From: a virus
DNA length: 64,000 bases
Reading direction: 5' to 3' (one strand)
Virus record (IMG/VR): IMGVR_UViG_3300046373_000092
Coordinates: 1 to 64,000 of that record
Position numbers and translations under genes: made by a program. The notes under the pieces are model-generated. The model made no database searches, was not told where the DNA came from, and was given only the letters and a program-made list of their open reading frames with translations. Below, one piece after another: positions 9,805-18,500 of this stretch; the stretch's first letter is position 1, and each line of letters opens with the position of its first letter.

Positions 9805-10241
9805 TGAAAAAACTTCTTGAAAGATTAGCAGCCAATCCCGGAGACGAAGATTACGTTTCTGATGATAGAAAATTTAATAAGCTAAATAAAATTAGAAAGG
9901 TTGAGTCTAACGACGGAAAGTATACAGATCACGACTCTGATGCAATTGGAGAATATGGCATGCGTCCAGCAGCCATCCAAGACGCTATGAAAATAGGGAA
10001 CGTAGAGGATCTTAAGGCAGTAGTTGAGAAGATGAAAGAAGACCCGGAAATGCAGCGAGAAGCCGCCAGCAAGTATTATGACATATTAAATAAGACTGCA
10101 AAGGACGACGAAGATGCCATGGCTTATGGTTGGTTGAATGGTCCGACAGGGCTTAAGAAAGCTAAGAACGAAGGAAGAGACATTGCCAGTCATTGGCATG
10201 TAAAGAAATTTCAAAAGTTAAAAGATAAGCTAGGAAACTAA
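9804..10241 (+). CDS. lytic transglycosylase/lysozyme-like (SLT) protein
   Basis: VES catalytic Glu motif, AIGEYGM, AYGWLNGP resembling SLT motifs I-III. Confidence 0.7.
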   Translation: MKKLLERLAANPGDEDYVSDDRKFNKLNKIRKVESNDGKYTDHDSDAIGEYGMRPAAIQDAMKIGNVEDLKAVVEKMKEDPEMQREAASKYYDILNKTAKDDEDAMAYGWLNGPTGLKKAKNEGRDIASHWHVKKFQKLKDKLGN

Positions 10242-10242
10242 A

Positions 10243-10255
10243 TTAACAAATATTA
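10243..10255 (+). promoter_or_regulatory. putative late promoter motif, copy 3
   Basis: TTAACAAATATTA upstream of scaffold. Confidence 0.65.
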
Positions 10256-10333
10256 TTGAAGTGTTACCGCACTAACGCGATACACAATTAACTTGCTACT
10301 CCTAACGGAATGCAGCTTAAATAAAGAGGATAT

Positions 10334-11251
10334 ATGTCAGACGAAATCAGCAACGACTCAGGTGAGTCACAAGAATCAATCGATCAAGAACTAGGAGCAG
10401 ATCCAACACCGGAAATCACACCGGACATGAGTAAGGAAGAAGTTAAAGAATTGTGGAAAGAGTACACTTTGCGCGTCAACGGGAAAGACATAGTAGAGCG
10501 TATAAATCTAAATGACGATGCGGCGGTAAAAAAACATTTACAATTAAGTAAAGCATCAAATGAGGCTTTTCAGTCTAAGTCCCAGTATGAAAAGCAACTG
10601 AAAGAATACGAGCAGAATGTAGAAGCTCTATTTAAGAAGCTTGCAGAAAACCCAGAAGAAATTTTAAATAACCCAGATTTAGGTCTATCTCGTGAGCAGC
10701 GTAAAAAGCTTGCTGAGAAAATCTTAAATGACGAATTGGATCTTCAAGCTAAATCTCCAGAACAAATAAAATTGGAAGAGGCTCAAGCTGAACTTACAAA
10801 GCTACAAGAAGAAAAGAAGCAGATGCTAGAAGCTAAACAAGCTGCTGAATTTGAGAAACTAAAGCAAGAAGCTGCAGTTCAAATTGAAGCTGAAATCATG
10901 GAAGCTATCGATACGGGTGATTTGCCTAAGTCTAATTACATTACTAAAAAAATGGCAGATTTGGCTCATATCGCATTTAGTCATGGGATTGACATTAACA
11001 TGAAGGATCTTATTCCTCTAGTTAAAAAGCAGTATGTTGACGACATGCGCGACATGCTAGGTAAAATGCCCGACGAAATGGTTGAGGAATTAATTAGCCG
11101 TGACCGAGTTAAAAAGATGAGAAATAGCTACTTGAACAGCATTAAAAAGCAACAAGTTCAACAAGTTAAGATCGAAGACAGCGGATCTAAGCCGGCAGAA
11201 AAGGCTCCTGAGAAGAAGATGAAATTCTCGGAATTCTTTAAAGATATTTAA
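10334..11251 (+). CDS. capsid scaffolding protein
   Basis: acidic coiled coil with LRVNG motif, between portal and capsid. Confidence 0.75.
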   Translation: MSDEISNDSGESQESIDQELGADPTPEITPDMSKEEVKELWKEYTLRVNGKDIVERINLNDDAAVKKHLQLSKASNEAFQSKSQYEKQLKEYEQNVEALFKKLAENPEEILNNPDLGLSREQRKKLAEKILNDELDLQAKSPEQIKLEEAQAELTKLQEEKKQMLEAKQAAEFEKLKQEAAVQIEAEIMEAIDTGDLPKSNYITKKMADLAHIAFSHGIDINMKDLIPLVKKQYVDDMRDMLGKMPDEMVEELISRDRVKKMRNSYLNSIKKQQVQQVKIEDSGSKPAEKAPEKKMKFSEFFKDI

Positions 11252-11261
11252 TGTAAAGCGA

Positions 11262-11283
11262 TAGGGTGACGCAAGTTGCCCTA
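11262..11283 (+). terminator. stem-loop after scaffold gene
   Basis: TAGGGTGAC-GCAA-GTTGCCCTA with GU pairs and GNRA loop. Confidence 0.5.
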
Positions 11284-11285
11284 AT

Positions 11286-11298
11286 TTAACAAATATAT
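11286..11298 (+). promoter_or_regulatory. putative late promoter motif, copy 4
   Basis: TTAACAAATATAT upstream of capsid genes. Confidence 0.7.
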
Positions 11299-11414
11299 AT
11301 AGACAACGTATTGAAAGACGTCGGTTGACTTTATCCCAAGCATTTGCCGGATAGATATCTAAGACTGAAGTAGAGAGAAAGTCTAATTTTTAACAAACAA
11401 AAACAGGAGACACT

Positions 11415-11831
11415 ATGTCAGCATCAGTCTTAGAAAAAAATGAAGTTTTAGAAGCAAGAGCAATTAAGTACAAGTCAGTGCCTATTACAGTAAAAGTAGT
11501 TGGTAACGCAACTCCAGCTTCAAAAGTATTATCAACAGATCTTCCAGGCGTAGCTATCGTTATCGCTCAAGGTCAAACAGCTAACTTGCCATCAGGTGTT
11601 ACAACTGTAACTCCGGCAGACGCTACAGGTCTATACTCAGTAGTATTGGATAAAGAAGCAGTAGGAACAGTTACTAAAGTATTAAAAGTAGAAGTTACAA
11701 ACGTAACATCAACTCAAACAGCAGCAATCTCTTTGTCAAATGGTTACATCGTAATCGACATCGATTCAGCGGCTGACCTTACTGCGGCTAACTCAGAGTG
11801 TATTATTTTCGTAGATTACTTAAGCAGATAA
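11415..11831 (+). CDS. putative capsid decoration/minor capsid protein
   Basis: beta-rich 138 aa directly upstream of MCP; shares its AAAAACAGGAGA leader. Confidence 0.55.
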   Translation: MSASVLEKNEVLEARAIKYKSVPITVKVVGNATPASKVLSTDLPGVAIVIAQGQTANLPSGVTTVTPADATGLYSVVLDKEAVGTVTKVLKVEVTNVTSTQTAAISLSNGYIVIDIDSAADLTAANSECIIFVDYLSR

Positions 11832-11860
11832 TTTTAAACAAAAAAACAGGAGAACTATAA

Positions 11861-13072
11861 ATGTCTACAGCTAACAACCTTACATCGCTAAACGGTCTTT
11901 TTAAAGAAGTTTACGCAGATAAAATCGAACATTTAATTCCAGAAGGAGTTAAGGTTTATAACTTAATTAAATTCGCACAACGTAACAAGCAACCAGGTAA
12001 CTTCTACAACCAACCAGTTGTATTAGGTCTTGAGCACGGTGTTACTTTTGCTGCTGAAGATGAAGGAGCTTTCGCTCTTAACCCGGCTATCACTGGTCAA
12101 GTTAAGAACGCACAAGTTCGCGGATTCCAAATGTTACTTCGCTCGGTAATGGCTTACGATGCAGCTTACGCTTCATTGGGTGGCGGAGCAAAAGCTTTCG
12201 AAGATGGAACTAAATTCCTAGTTGCGAACATGATGAAGTCAATCGTTCGTAAAGTAGAAATCGCTCTTATCTACGGACAAATTGGTTACGGTGCTGTAGC
12301 TTCAACTGCTGCTAACGTTATCACAATCACAACTGCTGAATGGGCTCCAGGTATTTGGGCTGGTTCAGAAAAAATGAAACTTGAAATCTACTCTTCTGCT
12401 GGAACACTTCGCGGTGACTGTTCAGTAACTGCTGTAGACATGGACCTTAGAACTGTAACTGTTGATTCATTACCTGCTGGCGTAGTTGCTACAGACGTAA
12501 TTTACCACTACGGCGCTTTCCAAAAAGAAATGCCAGGTATCCATAAGATCATCAGCAACACGTCATCTCTTTTCGGGATTTCTGCTGCTACTTACTCTCT
12601 ATGGAAAGGTAACTCTTACTCTGCTGCTGGTGCTCTATCTTTCACAAAACTTTCAACTGCTCTTGCTAGATCAGTAGAGAAAGGATTGGAGTCAAGTGTA
12701 ATCTGTCTTGTTAACCCAAGAACATGGTCTACTCTTATGACAGATATGGCTGCTAACAGAAGATTTGATTCAAGCTACAAGTCATCTGTTGGATCTCAAG
12801 GTAACGAAGTAATTGAATTCTTCTCACAAAACGGTAAGATTGAAATTCACTCTTCAATCTACGTAAAAGAAGGTTACTCTTACTTAATCGCTCCAGAAGA
12901 TTTCTTAAGAATTGGTTCAACTGACATCACGTTCAAACAGCCAGGTAAATCAGACGAATTCTTCAGAGAGTTAGAAAACAATGCAGGTTTCGAACTTCGT
13001 TGTTACTCAAATCAGTCGCTATTCTGCAAAGCGCCAGGAAAGCAAACTCTTATCTCTGGTATCGTTAACTAA
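11861..13072 (+). CDS. major capsid protein (HK97 fold)
   Basis: 403 aa, LNGLFKEVY N-terminus, MPGIHKII, ELRCYSNQ; strongly biased codons; followed by terminator. Confidence 0.85.
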   Translation: MSTANNLTSLNGLFKEVYADKIEHLIPEGVKVYNLIKFAQRNKQPGNFYNQPVVLGLEHGVTFAAEDEGAFALNPAITGQVKNAQVRGFQMLLRSVMAYDAAYASLGGGAKAFEDGTKFLVANMMKSIVRKVEIALIYGQIGYGAVASTAANVITITTAEWAPGIWAGSEKMKLEIYSSAGTLRGDCSVTAVDMDLRTVTVDSLPAGVVATDVIYHYGAFQKEMPGIHKIISNTSSLFGISAATYSLWKGNSYSAAGALSFTKLSTALARSVEKGLESSVICLVNPRTWSTLMTDMAANRRFDSSYKSSVGSQGNEVIEFFSQNGKIEIHSSIYVKEGYSYLIAPEDFLRIGSTDITFKQPGKSDEFFRELENNAGFELRCYSNQSLFCKAPGKQTLISGIVN

Positions 13073-13101
13073 CTATAATTGTTAGAAAATTTCTATCCTA
13101 C

Positions 13102-13127
13102 GGGGAGGCGCAATGCCTCCCTTTTTT
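13102..13127 (+). terminator. intrinsic terminator after MCP
   Basis: GGGAGGC-GCAAT-GCCTCCC-TTTTTT. Confidence 0.85.
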
Positions 13128-13176
13128 ATTTCAAGATTGCATTTGACGTACTACACATAAAACTATCTTAGTTAGT

Positions 13177-13189
13177 TTAACAAATATAT
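13177..13189 (+). promoter_or_regulatory. putative late promoter motif, copy 5
   Basis: TTAACAAATATAT upstream of the HNH/Mom pair. Confidence 0.7.
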
Positions 13190-13254
13190 ATGAAATATGC
13201 AACATTGATGTTGCGTAATCTAACTTTGTGTGTTATCCTAACATGGGAGGATTG

Positions 13255-13902
13255 ATGCAGATTTGCAGACTTTGTAATATTGAAAAACCTTTATCTGAAT
13301 TTAGATTTAGAAATGATACTCAAAAGCATAGGTCCGATTGTAAACTATGTCATGAAGTAGTAGTTAAAAAATCTCCATCTAAAGATGCTGAAGCTAAACA
13401 AGCATATCACAGCAATTACTACCAAGAAAATAAAGAAGATATAAAGGCTGCTACAAAGAAAAATCAAGCTGCGAGACCTGATCAAGTTAGGGAATATAAG
13501 AGACTCTATCAATCTGAACGTCGTAAAACTGATCCTATTTTTGCTATGAAAGGTAGATTACGCCACAGATTAAAAGAAGCTCTTAAATATAGTTCATGGA
13601 AAAAAACAACTAAGTTCTATGACTATATAGGATGTTCAAATGAAGAATTAAAAGCTCATATTGAATCTCAATTCGTTCCTGGAATGTCTTGGGAAAATCG
13701 TTCAGAGTGGCACTTAGATCATATTATGCCGTTAAACTATGCCAATACCGCCGAAGAAATGTATGAATTATGCCACTATCAAAATCTACGCCCAATGTGG
13801 GGCACAGATAATTGTTCTAAAAATGCTGAGGTAACAAATGAAGGTTATGCCGCCCTTGCCAGAATTCGTGAGTGTAAAAAATTTACCGACAACAAGCTTT
13901 AA
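13255..13902 (+). CDS. Zn-finger + HNH/endonuclease VII-like protein
   Basis: CRLC...CKLC N-terminus; GMSWEN..WHLDHIMP...HYQNLRPMW...N; SD GGAGG before ATG 13255. Confidence 0.85.
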   Translation: MQICRLCNIEKPLSEFRFRNDTQKHRSDCKLCHEVVVKKSPSKDAEAKQAYHSNYYQENKEDIKAATKKNQAARPDQVREYKRLYQSERRKTDPIFAMKGRLRHRLKEALKYSSWKKTTKFYDYIGCSNEELKAHIESQFVPGMSWENRSEWHLDHIMPLNYANTAEEMYELCHYQNLRPMWGTDNCSKNAEVTNEGYAALARIRECKKFTDNKL

Positions 13903-14860
13903 AGTAATTGATAAATTTGTTTTTATCGACTCCCGTCATGGGGAGTTTACAACCCAATTAAGATGCCTTCTGAACGCCGGTGAATCTACTCATCCAAAAG
14001 CAATTCAATCTAGAAGAGAGACTACTAACATAAAAAAGTACGGCGTGAGAAATGTTAAAACTTCTCGGAAGCTAAAAACTACGTCAGTGTGTTGGCAGAA
14101 ACAGAAAAGAGATGAGTTGTTAGCTGAAGATTTACTTGCTGGCTGCCCGACTGGTACAGTCGTTAAGGACTATGTATTTTCTCAAGAGCGGTTCGGTTCT
14201 CAACATAGAAAATTCATTGAGCGGTATGAGTGGCTCGGAACTTGCGGTTTTGGAGTGAGGTATTGTTTTACTACTAGATATGAAGGTAGATTAGCTGGAG
14301 TTGTACTTATTGCCGAGCCTAATGCCTATCAATTTGATAAATCAAGAGAGGCACTTATTCAGCGAGGAGCGTGCGCGTCCTGGACGCCAGTAAACCTAGG
14401 TAGCTCTTTAGTAATGTTCGCCTGTAGATGGATGACAAAGAACACTACCAAAAGAATCTTTACCGCGTACTCAGATCCCGAAGCTGGAGAAATAGGAACA
14501 ATATATCAAGCTTGTAACTTCGATTACTTAGGAAAAGAATTTGGAAATACTAACGGCATATTAGTAGGAAAAAAAATAGTTGGCGAAAGACATTTTACTA
14601 GGACTTCTTCGATGAAGAAATGGGCAAAAGAACTAGGAATTAGATGGGAATTTCATTGGTGTAAAGAAAATGGTTTTCAAGATATAAAAGCCATACCCCC
14701 AGAAATAAAACAACAATTGTTAGATTACGCTAAAAAACAAATGGCTAAGTATAAGCGTGTGAAACGTGAAAAGAAGGGAAAATATGTTCTACTACTAAAT
14801 TTTGGAAATTATAAATTGAATAAAACTTGGGAAGCCAAGCCTTATCCAAAAAGAAGTTGA
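13838..14860 (+). CDS. Mom-family (GNAT-fold) adenine modification enzyme
   Basis: AYSDPEAGEIGTIYQACNFDYLG signature, RGACASWTP, C-terminal KGKY..L and PYPK. Confidence 0.75.
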   Translation: MKVMPPLPEFVSVKNLPTTSFKVIDKFVFIDSRHGEFTTQLRCLLNAGESTHPKAIQSRRETTNIKKYGVRNVKTSRKLKTTSVCWQKQKRDELLAEDLLAGCPTGTVVKDYVFSQERFGSQHRKFIERYEWLGTCGFGVRYCFTTRYEGRLAGVVLIAEPNAYQFDKSREALIQRGACASWTPVNLGSSLVMFACRWMTKNTTKRIFTAYSDPEAGEIGTIYQACNFDYLGKEFGNTNGILVGKKIVGERHFTRTSSMKKWAKELGIRWEFHWCKENGFQDIKAIPPEIKQQLLDYAKKQMAKYKRVKREKKGKYVLLLNFGNYKLNKTWEAKPYPKRS

Positions 14861-15039
14861 TACTTTCTTAATTAACAAGAAGCCTATATGGGAGTTATCA
14901 AGACTTTATATAGGAGTTTACATGTTAATGATTATCGACTTAAAATTTTTACTAACAAAAGTATCTGGGCTTATTTACCGTTTTTTGGAGAGCATACCCA
15001 ACTCCTCAATATTCCATAGACTCCTGTATTTCCTCATAT

Positions 15040-15052
15040 TTAACAAATATAT
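15040..15052 (+). promoter_or_regulatory. putative late promoter motif, copy 6
   Basis: TTAACAAATATAT upstream of the fibre island. Confidence 0.7.
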
Positions 15053-15073
15053 GTAGAGACACAGGAGAAGTTT

Positions 15074-15544
15074 ATGAGCGTTACTCTCACTATAAATAAC
15101 ACACCCTTCGAATATCCAGAACCGGGAGATCAAGCGCCCTGGGGCAGCGGGGCTACCGACTGGAGCATAGAGGTAACTCGAGTACTTAACTCACTCTCAG
15201 GTCCATCGGACATCCTAGAAACTACTGCAATTATTGATAATAACCAAACTACCCCACAGCCTATCGGAGGATTCTTCTTCGATCCTGTTTCGGTACGTTC
15301 ATTCTCTGTTCAAGTATCAATATATCGTGTTTACGGAACAAATGAAATAGCAGAACAATTGACATTCAACGGTCTTAACTTAGGTGCTTCAGGATGGCAA
15401 ATCCAGGCTGATGGAATAGGTAATGCTGGCGTGACGCTAGACATTACAAACTTAGGTCAAGTAACTTATACATCTTCTAATCTAACAGGATCTCCGTATA
15501 GCGGAATTATTAGATTTAGAGGAATTGGTATCTTAAGCGCATAA
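15074..15544 (+). CDS. virion structural protein (paralog of 22919-23431)
   Basis: shared IDNNQ..PQ.I...F.PVS.RS...NAG.T.DIT..GQ..YTS domain. Confidence 0.7.
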   Translation: MSVTLTINNTPFEYPEPGDQAPWGSGATDWSIEVTRVLNSLSGPSDILETTAIIDNNQTTPQPIGGFFFDPVSVRSFSVQVSIYRVYGTNEIAEQLTFNGLNLGASGWQIQADGIGNAGVTLDITNLGQVTYTSSNLTGSPYSGIIRFRGIGILSA

Positions 15545-15561
15545 TTTAGGGAGACATATAG

Positions 15562-18500
15562 ATGAGTATTAAATCATTCCGTTATTTTTTAAAAGGTATT
15601 GAACTTCGCGGTGAAACCACTGATCCGACAGACAATGCAGAAGGGTCGATTTTTCAGAACAGCACAGACGCTAGATTGCGCACATACATCCAGGGTGCAG
15701 TTCGTAACATTGTTACAGACTCTCAAACACAAACCCTTACTAACAAAACAATTGACGGAGATTTAAACACTCTCGTAGATATTGCTGAATCATCAATTAA
15801 AACAAACCTAACTAACGCAAATAAGTTTATTCTTCGCGACGTCACAGGTGCTGTTGTTTCAAACACAAAAGACGTTCCAACTGGAGCGGTAGTCGGTACT
15901 TCAGACACACAAACGTTCACAAATAAAACGTTTGACGCCAACGCCACAGGTAACTCTATCTCTAACTTAGAGACAGCAGATTTAGCTGCAGGAGTTTTAA
16001 ATACCAGCACATCTTTATCTGGCGCAAGTAACACACAAGTTCCTTCTGCACTAGCAGCTAAATCTTACACCGATGCAGCTATCGTAGCAGCAGCTACAGG
16101 AAACGTTATTGGTCCAGCCTCAGCCACTGATAATGCCATTGCTAGATTTGACACTACTACTGGAAAATTAATTCAAAACTCTGTTGTGACGGTAAGCGAT
16201 ACAGGAGTTGTAGTTGGCGCATCAATTGACGCAGATACAAATACTATCACTAATATTGAAAATGCTGACATTAAAGCTGGTGCCGCTATTGCTAGAAATA
16301 AACTAGCATCTGGTACAAACAACGCGGTAGTATTTAACGATGGCTCTGGAGTAATGTCTAACGCCGCCGACTTAACAGTAACAACTAATGCTTTAACATT
16401 AGCGAATACAAAACACCTTGAGCTACAAGCTGCTACAGATTCTACCACTACAGGTACTGCCGCGACTTTAACAGCATTTAATGCAAGTGCAATCAGACTT
16501 ACAAACTCATCTCTAGTTTCTCTCGCAAACATTCCTTCTGGTAACGATGGACAAGAGCTTGTTCTTTTTAACAGAACAGGAGCTAGCATTGCAATAGCAG
16601 ACGATTCTGCAAGTTTAGGAACAGCTGCCCGTAGAATTTATACAGGTACTGGAACAACTATTACTTTTGCAAATAACTCAGCACTTATTTTACAATACGA
16701 TAACACATCAGTTAGATGGCAAATTATCGGAGGGACTGGATCTGGAACAGGCGGAGCAGAATTACCTCCTTCAGTTTTAGCACAACAAACTTTTGAAACA
16801 GCAGCTATCGGAGACTTCACTCAAACAGGTCTTAACTTAATTTCAGCTCCAGCCGGTATCCTTATTAAAGGAACTAAAGTTGCGCAATTAATTCACCAAG
16901 CAGCTTCTTCACAAAGCTTTAAACAAACTATCGCAGTAGACAGGCTATTTAGAAATAAGTTAATGACAATGACTTTAGATATTAAATCTACAGCTACTGC
17001 CGGTAACTTAACCATCCTTTTTAGAGATGAAACAAACTCTGCTGATATAGGCGTTGCTCAGGCTTTCACTATAGCATCTCAGGCAATTACTATTGCAACT
17101 ACTTCAGGACTTCCAACTTTAGCTGCGCTTTCAAACTCAGTAATTAACACCCTCTTCGTAGGTATGTCCGTAACTGGTTCTGGAATTCCAACGTCTACGA
17201 CCATTTCAGCTATCAATACTTCAACTGGGGTTGTAACTCTTTCTGCCAATGCCACAGCATCTGCCACAGTTACTGCGAGATTTAGTGCTCTACCAGCTAG
17301 AAACACATTCTCGTTTACTATGCCAGTTGGATGTGCGAGCTTCAGTTATACCATCACTGCGCTTCAAGAAGCCAATCTTCCAGAAAGTTATATTGACGAT
17401 ATTTATATCCAGCTTTCTGAAGCCGCTAAAACTAGTACTTCAATTTCTGTATATAAAAATAATGATACAAACTTTTCTGCATATGTTCCAACATTTACTG
17501 GCTTTGGTTCAGTAACTACTTCAAATATTAATTGGAGAAGAGTTGGTGGAAGTGTTGAACTTGAAGGTACTTTTGTTATCGGAACTGCAACTGCGACAGA
17601 ACAAAGAATGTCTTTACCAAATTCAATCGTATCATCGACGGGCATAAATGTTCTTGAACTTGCCGGCGAAATGGATACCAATGCCAACTTGGGGACTATC
17701 TATAAATTATTAGTATTAAAAGAACCATCAGTATCTTATGTGACATTCGGCGCTCAAGCATCTGGAACTCCTGGATTGGCAAAAACAGCATCTAGTGGAC
17801 CTTATCCTTCTGCCGGTTCGATAATGACGATTAAAGCATCTATTCCAATTCAGGGATGGAGTGCTACAGATACAGAAACTAAAACAATTGATTTAACTTC
17901 TTCGGTTTTAGTAACTCAACCAGATTCTATGGTGCGCGTTCAAGGCTCTAACGGTTTTGGATCAACAAATACTAAAATTGCTAGATTTTCTAACCTACTA
18001 ACTACCGTCGGTACTTCCGTATCCTATGCCGATTCAGCTACTTTGGGTGCAAGCTTTACCGCACTAGAGTCTGGAGTATATGAAATTGGATATTCGGCTT
18101 ATAGGGGAACTGCGGGAAGTGGATTAATTGGTATTTCTCTTAACTCCGCTCAGCTTACTACAAACATTCAAAGTGCAACCGCTTCTACCGTATTAGCTAT
18201 CGGCTCTACTGAAGGTAGTGCCGGCGGATTTGATAACATTAATTGGTCTGGTTATTTGACTGCCGGTGACGTGATTAGACCTCACACGGACGGTTCTCAA
18301 GCTTCTGAATCTTACTCGTCATTCACAATGTCTAAAGCCGGATCGATGAAGCAGTTAAACCCTTCTTCAGATCAAAAAATTGATATTCCAACTCACTCAC
18401 TTAGGTTCGAAGGAGCTTCTACTAGAGGTTCTACCGATACTGCAATTGTTAAATTCGACACTCTTTCTAACGTTAAAGGAGATGGATTTTCAGTGGCGAA

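Noticed and set aside
13838-13902. Programmed frameshift fusing the HNH and Mom-like ORFs
   Set aside because: The downstream ORF has its own SD (GAGGT) and ATG, and no convincing slippery site lies in the overlap.
14995-15040. CsrA/RsmA-sponge sRNA (four GGA motifs on the minus strand)
   Set aside because: Only one fits ANGGA, and no promoter or terminator was identified.
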